Shown: piece after piece, positions 40,196 through 59,638 of the stretch
How the letters are laid out: each line of letters begins with the position of its first letter
Numbering within the stretch: position 1 is the first letter of the stretch
Assembly: GCF_009914755.1 (NCBI RefSeq)
Contig: NC_060931.1
Length of the DNA stretch: 64,000 nucleotides
From: the human T2T-CHM13v2.0 reference genome, Homo sapiens
Reading direction: 5' to 3' (one strand)
Notes under the pieces: generated by a model
What the model saw: only the letters and a program-made list of their open reading frames with translations
What the model was told of the DNA's origin: nothing
Databases searched by the model: none
Made by a program: the position numbers and the translations under genes

Positions 40196-42180
40196 ACTGA
40201 CTGGGTCCAGGTCTGAGTTCCATTGCTGTTCCTGTGATCTGGGTTCAAAAATGAGTCACTTTCTCACCTGTGACTGCACCTACATATGACAGTCACAGTT
40301 CCAAGTCTGGATTGCATTTGCATGTGAGATTTAGGCCTCACCAGTGAGCACTGTCTATATGTGAGGGTGACAATTCTATTCAGCTGGATGTGCATATAAG
40401 AGTCACAATCTCACCTTTGTTCTGGGTCCTGTTATGACACTGTATTATTTGAGGACTTTACACAGTATGCCTTGGTATCATAATACACTATGACCTTTAT
40501 TTAAGTAGGAGACCAAGGACCTTGCCTGTTGCTCTAAGCCTAGATATCAGAGTCAAAATCTGTTCTCTTAGCTGGATCCAGGTATGTGAGTTATCACCTC
40601 ACCTGTGAGCTGTGACCATGTATATGTCACAATTTCACCTGTGGGCAGGAACCAGACATGAGAGTCCTATCACCTGGGTGCTGGGTAAGTGATGTCACAA
40701 TTCTTACTTGGGCAGGGTCCAGGCAACAGAGGAGAGACACATCACCTATATGACTGGCCCAGTGATGGGTGAAAATCCTCTCTGAGAGCAGGGCCCATTC
40801 AGGAGAGTCATATCACCTAGCTGCTTGGCCAAGCAATATATCACAATGACCCCTTTGCACAGGACCAAGACAAGACAGCTCCATGACCAGGGAGCTGGGT
40901 CCAGCTATGTGTCACAATTCCTTTTGTGGAAAGTGCCCAGTTAGAAGAGCAGAGTCACAGCACCTAGGTGATGGACCCAGAGAGATGCCACAACGCCATT
41001 TGTGGGCTGGGCCCTGGGAGAAGAATAACATCACCCGGTGCTGGGCCCAGCAATATGTTGCAATCCCAACTGGAAAAAGGTACCAGGCAACAGAGGAGAA
41101 TCACATCATCATGTTGATAAGCCAAGAGATATTTCACAATCTCCCCTGTGCACATGTCCCAGGCAGAAGACTCGAATTACCTTTTTACTTAGGCCAGTAA
41201 TGTCAAAGTGCTTCTTCAGGGCAGGGCACAAACATGATAGGACAGTCATGCCATTAAGTGCTAGGCTTGGTGATATGTCATAACCTTACCTGTGGGCAGA
41301 GTCCAGGCAAGAGAGAAGGTTTACATCACTTAGGTGCTCAGTAAAGCATATATTACCATTCCTTTGAGGGAAGTAGCCAGGCAATATAATCACATCACCT
41401 AGGTGCTTGGCCCAGGTAAAAGTCACAAGATAACTGTGTGTTGAGCCCAGAAGGACAATGAAATTACTAAGGTTCTAGGTAGAAGTGCATGTCACAGTTC
41501 AACCTGCAGGGAGGCCCAGGAATGAGACTCCCAATTCCACACATTTCCCCACTCCAGGTGTAAGAGTCAACAACTCCTGAGACTTAGGTTCAAGTGCATG
41601 AGTCACAATCTCAACAGTGGATTGCATCCTGCCATGAGAGCCCCAATCCCTTCTCCAAGCTGTGTTCCAGTAGAGGAGTCGCAACATCAATGGTGTGCTG
41701 AATCCTGGTTGGAGAGTTCCCACTTCACCTGTGGACTGGATCTGTATATAAGAGGAGAGATGTCGACTCTCATGCCTGGGCTTAGGGCAATGGGCATGAT
41801 CCTACATTTGGGATTGTAGCAACAACTCTTGACTGCCCCTGGGTGTGAGATTCAGAACCTCAATTGTGACCTGTGTACACTTGGGCATGTGACAATTTCT
41901 ACTTTTGGCTGTGTGTTCATACAAGACTCTCAATCTCACCTGTGTTCTGGGCCCTGTTATTAAACTCTCTGTACCACCCACGGGGTTTATTCAATATGCA
42001 TGGGTGTCATAATTCTCTGTGATTTTCATACAAGTAGAAGACACAGGACCTTACTCATGGCCCTAGTCCTATCTATGAGAGTCAAAATCTCTCTCTTTTG
42101 CTGGGCCTATGTGTAAGAGTTATCATAATGCCTATAAGCTGGGTCAAAGTATATGTCACCATCTTAACTGTGGGGGTGCA
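40196..42180 (-). repeat. SATR1/SATR2-type satellite, inverted part
   Basis: Same motifs in reverse complement (atatgtcacaat, catcacctaggtgct, catatgacagtcacagttcca). Confidence 0.88.
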
Positions 42181-42326
42181 CGGGCAGGTGCAATGAGAGT
42201 TGAGATGGGAGGAGGGTTATGATGTCCTCTGTCAGGATGTAATTATTGTTTTGGGGCTGTTTTTAGATATTGTCAAATAAAATATAGATGTAGGTAAGAA
42301 GCAACTTTATTCTAAAGTAATGTTGT

Positions 42327-42500
42327 GGCCGGGCACAGTGGTTCACGCCTGTAATCCCAGCATTTTGAGGGGCGAAGGAGGGTGGATCACTTGAGGTCAA
42401 GAGTTCAAGACTAGGCTGGCCAACATGATGAAACCCTGTCTCTATTAAGAATACAAAAAATTAGCTGGATGTGGTGGCGGGCGCCTGTAAATCAGAGCTA
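42327..42500 (+). mobile_element. Alu, 3'-truncated
   Basis: Left arm plus ~35 bp of right arm, no tail. Confidence 0.93.
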
Positions 42501-42571
42501 CCCTGCCTGGACCAGTATCTGTAGCACTAACCAGTCTTTTCACCAACTGGGTACTGTTTTCTACCCATAGG

Positions 42572-42911
<340 letters not shown>

Positions 42912-43182
42912 CCCATAGGCTTTTTATAACACATTCTCTTATTCTGCCTTTTTATTTTCCACAAACACTCTTTCACAAACCCAAGTCCACACCTGTGTGC
43001 CTTAATACAAACCCTACTGGAAATCAAATGTCCATGAGTTCAGGATAAATTTTTTTGACCTGCTTATTGTAAGCATAAATACAAAATAAAAATAAGACAA
43101 TCATTCAACTTCAAAACAATAAAAGGAATTAACTCCTCTTTTTTTTTAAAAAAAGTTTTATTTAGATACCTTTTATATGTAA

Positions 43183-43596
<414 letters not shown>

Positions 43597-43967
43597 TATC
43601 ATTTACTTCATTATGCTAACTTTGCAATTATTTAGTTGTCCTTTTTCAAGTATTTTGTGGATTAAAGTTATGTTTTTTATTTGACATCTTTTCCTTTTTC
43701 TTAACATACAAAAACAGCACTATAAACTTGTGATTTAGAACTGTTTTGTGGTTTGTTTGTTTTTTTTTGTATCCCAGGAGTTATTGTATGTTGTGTTTCT
43801 ATTTTCTTTTTTCTCAATACACTTTCTGATTTCCCTTTGCTTTTTCTCTTTGACCCATTGGTTGTCCAAGAACATGTTGTTTACTGTCCCCATATTTGTG
43901 AGTTTTAAAATTTTTATTTGGCTATTATTTTCTAGTTTTATTAAACTGTAATTTTAAAAGTTGATAC

Positions 43968-44285
<318 letters not shown>

Positions 44286-44857
44286 CTAAATTTGAAAAGA
44301 GTTTGTTGTTTTTGTTGGTCCAACATATGATCTATCTTGGATAATGTTCCATTTGTGCTTGATAAGAATGTGTATTCTCATACTGTTACATGAAATAGTC
44401 TACATAAGCCCGGGGGGTACAGTTGTTCTTCAGCACTATCCAAGCACATTGTTTTCTTTCTAGCTTTCTGTCTGAATAATCTATTGTTTTCAGTAGAATA
44501 AGAAAGTCCTCTGTTATTGCCATATTTGTCTTTTTTAAAGTTCTGTTTATATATGTTTATATATTTATGTGCTCCAATGTTGGGTTCATATATTTTTTAA
44601 TTGTTAGATTCTTTTGACAAATTATCCTCTTATTATTAGAGAGTGATCTTCTTTGTCTGTTGGGACAGATTTTTTTTCTAAAAGTCTATTTTGTCTGATA
44701 TAAATATAGCCACTCTTACACTCTTTCAATTATTATTGGTATGGGTTTTTTAAATTCTTTAACCATTAACATATGTATGCCCTTAAATCTAAAATATGTC
44801 ACTTGTGTGAAGCATACTGTTAATTTAAAAAATCTAATTAGACATTCTGCGAATCTT

Positions 44858-45555
<698 letters not shown>

Positions 45556-45805
45556 ATGTGTTTTTATTAGATAATTTATTTGATACTTAAACAATTATTG
45601 ATAGGTAAGTACTTTCTACTGCCATTTTGTTAATTTTTGTCTGACAAGTTAGTATTACACTTTAGTATTTTTGCCATTACTTTTAATGGCAAAAACTGCA
45701 ATTACTTTTGCACCAACTTAATAATATCTTTTTCTTTTCATGCTGTCTTCACTTGTGTTTGGTTGAATTTTTTTTGTTTTCATTGCTGTTATATGCTTTG
45801 ATTCC

Positions 45806-46152
<347 letters not shown>

Positions 46153-46537
46153 CCATAAGTCAGACACTTCTGTTGCCTATAAAAGTTACTTATGTGATAT
46201 TTACCTGTGTAAGTATTGCCCCATTTTGTTTATTAATTATCTATTTCTTTTCTCGGGTGGTTGTCAGTGTTTTATTGTATAGATGAGTAGTCAAAAAGTC
46301 AGCCTAAAATTACCGTCTATTTATTGTCTGAATATATGTTATTGTGTGAGAAAAACACTTGTTATTTAAAGCAATTTTTAAAAATGTAACTTTTTTGAGA
46401 GATGTAAATATTTGTGATTAAAAAGATAAAATTACCATCTTAAACATTTTAAAGCTGTATACTTAAACTATATGTTGAGTGCTTTTAAGTATACTTACAT
46501 TATTTTGAAACAAATTTCTAGATCAATTTTATCTTTA

Positions 46538-46911
<374 letters not shown>

Positions 46912-49059
46912 TTACTTTCTGTTTTGTCTGTCTCTTTTTGACTATCTTATTTTAGGCAACATATTTTTTCCCATGTAAGCTATTCTGCTCTCAGTTCAGA
47001 TTCATCAGGAAATTGAATCATATCCGGAAGAATTAAAACTGAAAGACCAATACATTTGTTAAAGCAATGCAGATTGCCATACTAATAAGCTCTAAAATTT
47101 CAAAGGCTTAGCAAAATAATGCATTTTCTGCTTAAGTCACCATCCCCTTTGGTTTATTTCTGGTTAAGAAAACTTCTTTGTGATTATTCAGAGATTAGAT
47201 TTTTAAAAAAAATTTCTATCTGCATTCTCTGTTTCTTCAGCCAATAGATGAAAAAAGATTCAAGGAAGACACATTTGCTTTTTATTCACTCATCACTTCC
47301 CATCACTATGCTGACCAGAGTCAATGTGAGCAGAGTTGAGAATAGCAGTTTTCTGGCAGGAGAGCCACTTCTCAGCGAAAAATGACACACTCAAAGTATA
47401 AATCTTTCATGGAAGGCTCACATATTTTCAGCAAATTAAGCATATGCATGAATAAAATTCTTGTGGTGAAATAAAGATTCATGTTATTGATTCCTATTGA
47501 GCTCAGGTAATATTGGATGAAAAGCAAAAAAATTATTTGAAATAGAAATATTGTGAATAAAGTTATTGTCAACTAAAGTAAAAATATTATCTCACACTTG
47601 TCATCTTATCTATAGTTGTACAATATCAAATGCTACTTTTTATTAACAATTGTACTTCATATAAGTATTCCATTTATTTCACCCTTCTTAACTGTTTCAA
47701 TGCCTTCTGCACTTCATATCAGTGAAAAACAGGCCGGCTGGTGCCAGGAAATGGATGTGGTGCTATTGCTACTTTAAGAGTAATGATGAAGAGCACTTGT
47801 CTGAATTGTTCCCAAGTGGCCAACACTGTTATTTGGCCCAAAGTACACACATTTCTTATTTTCCTCTAAATTTACTGCTGAAATAAAATTCTTAGCTAAG
47901 AAAGGCTTGATCTCATTCAAATATGTTTTATGAAATTTGGTTGACATTTCAGTGTGTCTGACTTAAATGGAATATTGAAAATTTTCATGAATCCAAATAG
48001 AGTGTTACACATGAACAATCTTTTACTAAAAGCCTTTCTGAGGCAGAGCAAGATTCATAAAATTTCTCTATAATATAGAAGAAATGTGTTAACTCTGTTC
48101 CCAGTAGTCAACTCTGAACACTGAGCCTCTCAGTTCCCAGTATTCACCCTGAGGTATTCAGGAAAATTTGGTATCTCTGTAAGGAGACAGAAAAAGATGT
48201 TTGGGGGAGGGTCAATACATTGTGCATAAATGCTTTCTACATGCACCAGTTAGGATCTTAATCTAATTGGTCTATCATTTGCATGGCTAGTTACTGAATG
48301 TAGTCATACAATTTTGGTTTTTGCAGCTAATGACATCTGTTACCTATAAGTTTCATACAATAACTTGCTCAGCTGAAACATGAATCTTTTGTTAATTTAC
48401 CCTAAATTTAGGGACTAGATTTGCAATTTCCAACATTTCAAAGTTAAAGCAAATCAGAGAAGAGTAATGTGTGTATGTGGTATGCATTTTCTTGCCCAGC
48501 TATCAAAATTCTTCTCATATTGCCTTTGCCACTCTAGGCAGCCACCTAAAATATATTCCATCCTAATTTTTTAGCCAGGATATTAGATTTCAAAAGGTCA
48601 AGGACTTAATAATTGGGCAAAGCCAAAATCTTGTCTTTGCTTCTTGACCATATTAAAGAGCATGGCAATTATGCCAAGCCATTGAAAGATGTGATTCTGA
48701 TGACTTTTATTTTATTTCAAATGTTTTCTCTAATTGTTAGTCTTATTGCATTAATCTAAAAGAGAAACTATCTATATAACAATTTATGCATTCAAGAAAT
48801 ATTCATGTTAAGGTGTTTGAAGTTCAGTATTGTATTACAAAAGAGTAGAATTCTCTAAAATTAGAAAGTCAGATTATTATTAATAAATTCATTATTTTTT
48901 CAACATTTTCCAATGTTGAAATTAAAGAATTGGGTATGCTTTTTCGTAAGTTCAGTTCTAGGAGGGTACTCAATGATCTGCATGGTATTTTTGTCATAAA
49001 TTATGTAAAACTGAATTACCAGAATGGTGCAGAAATGCTAATTTAATCAGAATAAGAAT

Positions 49060-49652
49060 GAATTCAGCCGTGTTGGTAGACTGTTGGTATCCCAGTGGCT
49101 GATCATTTACTTCAGTCGTGTAGACATTGCTTCCTAATGCCAGTGAGCCCTTTCAACCAAGTTGCCTTTGTTTCCCATTGATGTGGTCATGTTCTGGTCT
49201 CTGTTTTTCTTAAGCTGTCCTAGATGAGGGGTGATTATTTCTTGCATAAATGAGATTCCTTCTTTTTTCTCTGCCATGAGATCCTCCTATTCTCTCTACT
49301 GAAAGCAACATGTGGAAGGTAGAAATAGAGACAATATACAAATATATCCCTTGCCATGTGGCCACCATAAACACTTTACGACATGGCTTACCAAGAAGTT
49401 TGATTAATTTCAGGGAAGCAGGGATGTTTTTCTATGATGTGCTCTTTCTCTTAAAGGCAATTCTGATTAAGTTTAGTCTAATCAAGATAATCTCTCTTAT
49501 GATAAACAGGAAGCCAATACATTAGTAACCTAATTACATGAATAATGTCCCACCACAGTCACACATTTTCTCACACTCAAGAGAAAAGGATTACACAGCA
49601 GGTGTGCACTGAAGTGGGAACCTTAGGGTCATCTGAGAATTTTGCCTACCCA
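49060..49652 (-). mobile_element. Old MaLR LTR (MLT1-type)
   Basis: Terminal motif gggtcatctgagaattttgcctaccca resembles recalled MLT1 ends; left boundary uncertain. Confidence 0.55.
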
Positions 49653-49944
49653 CCTGAATAGATTTCTAAAATCACCTTTCAGTTGCTTTTGTTGTCTTTC
49701 TAAGTAAACTAAGATACCATCTGCAAATAATAATTAATTGAACTGCTTTTTAATTTTATTAAAATAATTATTAGCTTTTCCTGGCTTATATGAAGTATTT
49801 CTCATTTATATTATACATTCACATACATACATATATAACAATAAAAATGTATCCATTTTAAATTTTTGTTAAATTTTTAAGAATGGGTGTTAAAAATAAC
49901 TTCTTTTCTGTTTGAAAGGGTTTTTACTGTTGTATTCAAGAGTA

Positions 49945-50060
49945 TTATCTCTGGAGTCAAAGTTGCTTGTGTTTTAATACTGGATCTGCTATTGTAAGCA
50001 AGTTATTTCTCTCTCTGGCTCTGTTTTCTTCTTTGTAAATTGAGGATAATAATAATATGT
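49945..50060 (+). mobile_element. MIR fragment
   Basis: ctctggagtca...caagttatttctctctctggctctgttttcttctttgtaaattgaggataataat, MIR core-like. Confidence 0.65.
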
Positions 50061-50075
50061 TATTAAGTTACTGTG

Positions 50076-50452
50076 TCTATTAGTCCATTCTCACACTTTT
50101 ATAGGGATGTACCCAAGACTAGGTAAATTATAAAGGAAAGAGGTTAATTTGACTCACAGTTCAGCATGGCTGGAAAGGCCTCAGGAGACTTACAATCATA
50201 ATAAAAGGGGAAACAAATATGTCCTTTTTCATATGGTGACAAGAAGAGAAAATGTGCTGAGCAAAAGGGAGAAAAGCCCCTTAGAAAACCATCAGATCTT
50301 ATGTGAACTCACTAACTATCATGAGAACAGAATGAGAGTAACTGACCACATGATTCAATTACCTCCCACCAGATGTCTCCCATGACACATAGGGATTATG
50401 GGAACTACAATTCAAAATGAGATTTGGGTGCAGACACAGCCAGACTACAACA
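50076..50452 (-). mobile_element. THE1 (THE1C/D) solo LTR
   Basis: tattagtccattctcacact...gactcacagttcagcatggctgg...gatttgggtg; 5-bp TSD-like ctgtg / atgtg. Confidence 0.88.
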
Positions 50453-50634
50453 ATGTGACAACAAAATTTATTAACACATGTACAGTGTTATGGTTAGTGC
50501 TCAGTACAAATTAGCTATTATTAACTAGATATTTATATGCTGAATTATGTTAATATATGCTTTCACACAAATATTTTTACATTACACATGATTTTTCCAA
50601 CCATTAGATGAATATATATTTAAATTACAATTTT

Positions 50635-51130
50635 ATTGTAAATGTGGTGTATATATTTAGAATAATAGTAAACAGAATGGAATATTATGTAGCCTTAAAA
50701 AGGGGGGAATATTGTCAATTGAAAAAATATGGATACATTTACAGGATACTTTGCTAGGTACAATAAGCCAGACACACAAAGAAAAGTACTGCATGATTTC
50801 ACTTACATGTAGAATCTAATAAAGTTTTAATAACAAAGTAAAATGTGGAATAATTGGTTACCAGAGGCAGATGTTGACAAAAGAATGCAGTTTTACAGAC
50901 AGAATAAAGAGGCTTTGAGATCTATTGCACAGTAGGGTGATTATAGTCAATGATAATGTATCTATATTTCAAAATAACTAACAGTAAGTTTTAATGTCTC
51001 ACTGCAAAAAATGATCGGTAAATGAGGTGATAGATATATTAGTTAACTTGACTTATTTCATATTTTATACATATACAAAATATTACACTGTACCCCATAA
51101 ATGTACCCAATTTTGATTTGTCAGTCAAAT
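50635..51130 (+). mobile_element. L1MA/MB 3' end
   Basis: aatggaatattat...aataagccagacaca...gagatctattgcacag...cactgtaccccataaat. Confidence 0.8.
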
Positions 51131-51324
51131 ATACTGGTAGTAATACAAGTATTTTTTTTGTAAAACTTAACTTTAAAAAATTGGGCCAGAGAAATAAATG
51201 TTTCTTTCTATCTTATAATGTCAGGAAAGATATGTATATATTTCTAATTACACACAGCTTGGTTATCTAGTGATGTTGGTACTTTTGATATCATGAATAG
51301 TGTGAACCTATCACTCAATAATAA

Positions 51325-51747
<423 letters not shown>

Positions 51748-52679
51748 TGATTTTCTTCACTTATAGAGAAAAGTTATTTAAATATACATTTTAAACTACC
51801 TTTAAATTTACCAAGTGAACCTAAAAATTAGTTGGCAAAAAAAATTTATTAACCAAGTAGATCAGAAAACAATTTGCCTGTTTCTCTAATTTAAAACTGA
51901 CAACACTCAGCATTTAAGTGCTTATTCTCTAGTGTTACTAGAGTGGTAAAAAGCAGTACAAGATGAGGGATCTCTCTTTAGTATTTATATCATGCTGTAT
52001 GAAAACATATGAGAATTTGCCAAAGATAGTATTAAAAATATCCATCGACTGTTACATTCCCAAACTGACCAATTAAAATGAACATGGATTACAACCCCCT
52101 GGTGTGGCCACCTTGTTGTTCCCAGGCTTAACATTGGTCCTGATCTAAAAAACTATACAAATCACCAGAGCTAATAAATTTTCTGTACATTCGTTCTATG
52201 CTGGGCCCTCTTCTGACACCTTTATTTGTATTAATTGCTTTAATTTTACCAAAACCCTAGGATTTAGGCAGTATTATCCTTACTGTACAACTGAAGCACA
52301 GAGATGTCAAGAAACTGTTTCCAGGTCACACAGCCCATAGTGACAGAACCAGGATGCAATCAGGAACCACCAGATACTGAGCTTTAATATTAACCATTAC
52401 GGCCAGCCCCCTCTCACTCAATGTTTTTTTTCCATTTTTTATTTAACATTTTTGCTTTGAATTTTCTAATTTAGTAGAGATTAAGCAGAATTTAAAAACA
52501 ACTTTTTGACCCTTAGATAGTATGGAGAACTTCATTTTGCATTCAAAGAACTCATAACAAAGCCTAACACAAATGCTTTGGTTGGTAAATGGTTTCTAAC
52601 AACCTTGTTCCTCTCATTACTTAAAAGAGTCATCAATGGTACTTTTGAAAAATAGCCTTTACATTAAAAGCTACAATGA

Positions 52680-52991
<312 letters not shown>

Positions 52992-54764
52992 TTATTTAAA
53001 ATTTGTGATCTAAATGTACAACCTTATTCATTGAGTGGTCTAAAGTTTCTGAAAGTTTTGAAAACACTAATAAATGAACACTTTTTTATATGGAATGATT
53101 AAAGAATATTGTTTTCTCAGTGACTAAAATGAAACAAATTAGAATTACTAATCAGTCACTTACAATGTGGTTTTAAATGTTATTTAATGACCACATGTGT
53201 AGTTTCTTTGAGCTCATTTTAACAACTTATTTCTATTGCTTCTTCACTTCTGTTAGAAAATAATTAAAATTTATGTTACTAAATAGGTGTGAATTTTATT
53301 TTAATCTTAGTGATCATCTTAAAAGGCCTTGTATGCTTACAATTATATAAACCCTATTCACTACTTACATTTAGAAGAGAAATAATTATTTTGCAGTAAA
53401 CCAAATGAGGCAATTGTTGCTCAAAATTATCAGTGATTACAATATTAATACCATCATCTAGATAGAACTTATAGATATCTGCATGTTGAAATTGCTTCAA
53501 CTTACAATAATTTAGAAACTAGAAAGTTCTATAAACTATAAAGAACTAAAAAATGTATCAATGCATTTCCCTCAGTTTTTCTGTGCTGTTTGTTATTTAA
53601 CTTGTCAGCAATAGCAATAGAAACTCTGATATTTACAGCATATTCTGGGTCCAGCAGCACGTGGGAGGAGCCAATATACTTCAGGGCTTTTACTTTCAGC
53701 TTGGGGACCTTTAGTTTCTGGTGCTGATGGCAATGTAACGAAGGGCACTAAAAATCAGCTGTTACCCTCTGTCACATGACTGGTCACTGTGTGACACAAT
53801 AAACATCTTTGCATGAAAACAACTGAGTAAATGTTTTAACCCAAAAGCTGCCATAATCTCCAAAATTTTCCCAGAAAAATGACCAAAATGTTGGCTACGC
53901 TTAGGTGACTAAGAGTGAAAACTGTAGACTGTGAATCTCACCCAGTCAAAATAATCATAAAGTAATGGAAAAATCTCTCAAGATTGTAACATTAATATGA
54001 AAAAGAAATATTATTCCAAATTTTAAATTCACAGAACTCATTTTATTTGCAACATTTAACATTCACACTCAAAAATACATGATTCTGCATGAAAACATAA
54101 GTTGTGCTATAAATATATCATAAAAATTACATTTAATAATTATCCCTTAATATTAACTCTCCAATAAGTTTAATTTCTAAGCTATATTTTCTAACTAATT
54201 TTGTATATGCTACACTTTGTCTTAGAATCTAATAAAAAAATTTTACTAAGACAAACAGTGCTACTTGATTTAATCTTCTCACCTGTGGACAGTGTATGCC
54301 TCTTATCTCAATTAACTGATCTGGAAGTTACATCGAGAAGCTATAAATAAGCTCAAACTCCCAAGTTTAACACAGTTTTTCACCATATTAAAAAATTCCA
54401 AACTTCTCATCAGAATCTACAAAGTACTGTGTGAAATGACATTGTACAGAGAGAGCAGTGAGAAAGCTGTAGCCACAGCACAGAAAAAAGGGGAAGGGCT
54501 GTGATGGACACATCATTTGAATAGACATAAACAGACACAAAACAAAAGATAATCAGAAAATTAAAAAAGCAGAATTTTTATTTAAATTCAGAGAGGCCGT
54601 TCTGCAGCCTGGGAACAGATGTCCTCTGCACATGCAGAATCAATGTTATATTTTCACCATGAATATTTTCCATCAGTGGCTGAGAGTTACAAAAAAACTC
54701 AAGCAGGAATAATTATGGCTGATTACGAAGCATCTAGGACAGACATAGCCCTATCTTATATTTG

Positions 54765-55632
54765 TGCATTAGTCTCTTTTTACACTGCTGTAAAGATACT
54801 ACCCAAGCCTGGATAATTTATGATGAAAGGAAGTTTAATTGACTCACAGTTCCACATGGCTGGGGAGGCCTGAAGAACCTTACAATAATGGGAGAAAGTG
54901 AAGGAGAAGCAGGTATCTTCTTCACTAGGTGGCAGGAGAGAGGGAGAGCAGGAAAAATTACCACTTATAAAACCATCCAATCTCATGAGAACTCACCCAC
55001 TATCATGAGAACACCATGGGTATCATTCTGCTCCTGGCCCGTTCAAAATCTAATGCTCTTCTTATATTTCAAAAGCAAACATGCTTTCCCAACAGTCCCC
55101 CAACGTCTTAACTCATTTTAGCATTAACCCAAAAGTCTACGTCCAAAGTCTCATCTGAGACGAGGCAAGTCCCTGCTACCTATGAGCCTGTAAATCAAAA
55201 GCAAGTTAGTTACTTCCAAGATACAATGGGGGTACAGGCATTAGATAAATTCTCCCATTTCAAATGGGAGAAATTGGCCAAAACCAAGGAGGTACAGGCC
55301 CTATGCAAGTTTGAATTTCGACAGGTCAGTCATTAAATCTTAAAGCTCTGAGATGATATCATTTGACTCCATGTCTCACATGTGGGCCATGCTGATGCAA
55401 GGGGTGGGCCCTCATGCCTTGGGCAGCTCCTTCATGGACTGGAATTGAGTGTCTGTGGCTTTTCCAGGGGCATAGTGCAAGCTCATGGAGTATAGTGGCC
55501 TTCTCACAACTCCAGTTCGCAGCTTCAATGGGGACTCTGCATGAGGGCTCCAACCCCACATTTCCCTTCTGCATTGCCCTAGCACAAGTTCTCCATGACG
55601 GCTCTGCCCCTGTAAAAGACTTCTGCCTGAAT
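54765..55632 (-). mobile_element. THE1/MST LTR (internally deleted) plus MaLR internal fragment
   Basis: LTR 54765-55025, then THE1-int-like sequence (caaagtctcatctgagacgaggcaagtccc; gggtacaggcatt), truncated. Confidence 0.85.
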
Positions 55633-55681
55633 ACAAATTTGACCTATGGGGAGAAAGAAATTCTTTAACTTAGGGCAGTTA

Positions 55682-56017
<336 letters not shown>

Positions 56018-57094
56018 TTACTAGAGATGTCATTCCCCTACATTAATAAATACTATATTGTTACCATCTTTTACTTAGAACCTTAAATAAGATGGGACAC
56101 ATTAAAGCTGATGGCAAATTAACACTTTGTTCAAAGCACTATAGTTTTAACACATTAAAAACAACTTTGTTTAATGAAAAAATTATGTTCACACATAAAC
56201 TTTAAAAAAATTTTTGAATTTATCGCATTTTATTTACATAAAATTACAATTGATAAAATAATTTATACTAATATTCAAACATTTTCCTCTCACTAGAATT
56301 CAGAATATTACTCTGAACACCGGCCTTATACATCACAAAAACAAAAAGTCAACAACAAAAAGCCTATCTATTTACATTTTTATTATGCATCTTACAACTT
56401 AATGTCCTTACTCTTCCATAGAAAAGTTCATAAATAATGGACACCTAATAAAAAAACTATCTGTCATGTCTGTGATGCAACATTGATCAAATACTTTCAC
56501 AAACAAGGAGAAGAATCAGCATGAAGTAATCTGAGACTTGAGATACATTATTATTTGCTTTTCAGAAAATCTAATGTTTTTCACAGAAAAAGAAGCATAC
56601 CTCGAATGTAGCTATAAAATCTCTAATCTACTTCTTTAAATTGTATATAGTGCTACCTTTGGACCTTTTTTATACTCAATACTCTCATTTAGTGTAATGT
56701 CTGAAGTTTCAGTGCCTTCATTCTTTCTACTGTGAATCCTCAAATGTTTATATAGACTTAATTTTTGATTATATATATTTTCCCCATTTACTGGATCTGC
56801 AAAAATATTTAGAATAAAATTGTGTTTTCTAAGCTGTAGTTTTTGAACAAATGTTTTTTCACATTAATTACATTTTTAGACTTTCTCTCCAATATAAAGT
56901 CTCTGATGTTCAACAAAGTTTGAGCATCTGCTTCAGGGTTTTCCTTTAATATAAAATGTGTACAATAACATCTGTAATGCAAGTAAAGGTATAACAATCC
57001 ATTTTATGTTTGTATGTTTGTCTTCAGAATAAATAGTCTTTAAAGGCCTATATTTTCTGAAAGGTCTTTTTACAGTAATCACATTTATAATGCC

Positions 57095-57386
57095 TTTTTT
57101 TTTTTTTTGGATGGAGTCTTCCTCTGTCACCCAGGCTGCTGTGTAGTGGCTTGATCTCGGCTCACTGCAACCTCTGCCTCCCAGATTCAAGCAACTCTCC
57201 TGCCTCAGCCTCCTGAGTAGCTGGGACTACAGGCAAACACCACCACACCCAGCTAATTTTTGTATTATCAATAGAGATGGGGTTTCACCTTGTTGGCCAG
57301 GCTGGTCTTGAACTCCTAACCTCGTGATCCACCCACTTGGCCTCACAAAGTGCTGGAATTGTAGGTGTGAGCTACCACACCCGGCC
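57095..57386 (-). mobile_element. Alu (AluSg-like) in degenerate fingers/3'UTR
   Basis: Reverse Alu; degenerate TSD tataatgc / tatgatgc. Confidence 0.96.
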
Positions 57387-57445
57387 TATGATGCTTTTAT
57401 TAAGTATGAACTTTCTGATATTGAGTAAGATGTGAGCAGATATTA

Positions 57446-57754
<309 letters not shown>

Positions 57755-57941
57755 TTAACAAGGATGGAGAACCAGTTAAAGACTTTGCCACATTTTTTTC
57801 TACAATTGCAGGGGTTCTCTCCAGTATCAATTATCTTACATTTATTCAGGTTTGAGGACTTTTTAAAGACATTTCCATATTCCTTATTATAGGGTTTCTC
57901 TTCATATTAATTCTCTTACGTATAATAAGGGTTCAAGACTA

Positions 57942-58046
<105 letters not shown>

Positions 58047-58086
58047 TTAACCCTTGTAGGGTCTCTCTACTACAAATTCTCTTAGG

Positions 58087-58354
58087 CTTTGGGAGGCTGA
58101 GACAGATGGATCACCTGAGGTCAGGAGTTCGAGACCAGCCTGGTCAATACGTTGAAACCCCATCTCTACCAAAAATACAAAAATCAGCCAGTGTGGTGGC
58201 ATGCACCTGCAATCCCAGCTACTCCGGAGACTGAGGCAGGAGAATCAATTGAATCATGCAGGCAGAGGCTGCAGTGAGCTGAGATAGTGCCACTGCACTC
58301 CCACCTGGGTGAAAAAGTGAGACTCTATCTTAAAAAACAATTGTTTTTAAAAAT
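58087..58354 (+). mobile_element. Alu (AluS), 5'-truncated ~30 bp, in finger array
   Basis: Perfect 13-bp TSD aaattctcttagg (58074-58086 / 58355-58367). Confidence 0.96.
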
Positions 58355-58541
58355 AAATTCTCTTAGGTTCATTAAGTTTTGAGGGCTGGTTAAAGGCTTT
58401 GTTACATTTTTTTACATGTATAAGATTTTTGTCCAATATCAATTCTCTCATGTATAAGAAAGGTTTGGAACTGGTCAAAGGCCTGGCCACATTCTCCACA
58501 CGTGTAGTGATTTTTTCCAGCATAAATAATTTTGTGTATTA

Positions 58542-58733
<192 letters not shown>

Positions 58734-58736
58734 CTA

Positions 58737-58868
<132 letters not shown>

Positions 58869-58871
58869 TCA

Positions 58872-59638
<767 letters not shown>

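Noticed and set aside
47400-49050. Possible VN1R/BNIP3-type pseudogene, common in ZNF clusters (also considered 53400-54760)
   Set aside because: No recognisable translated similarity; left unassigned
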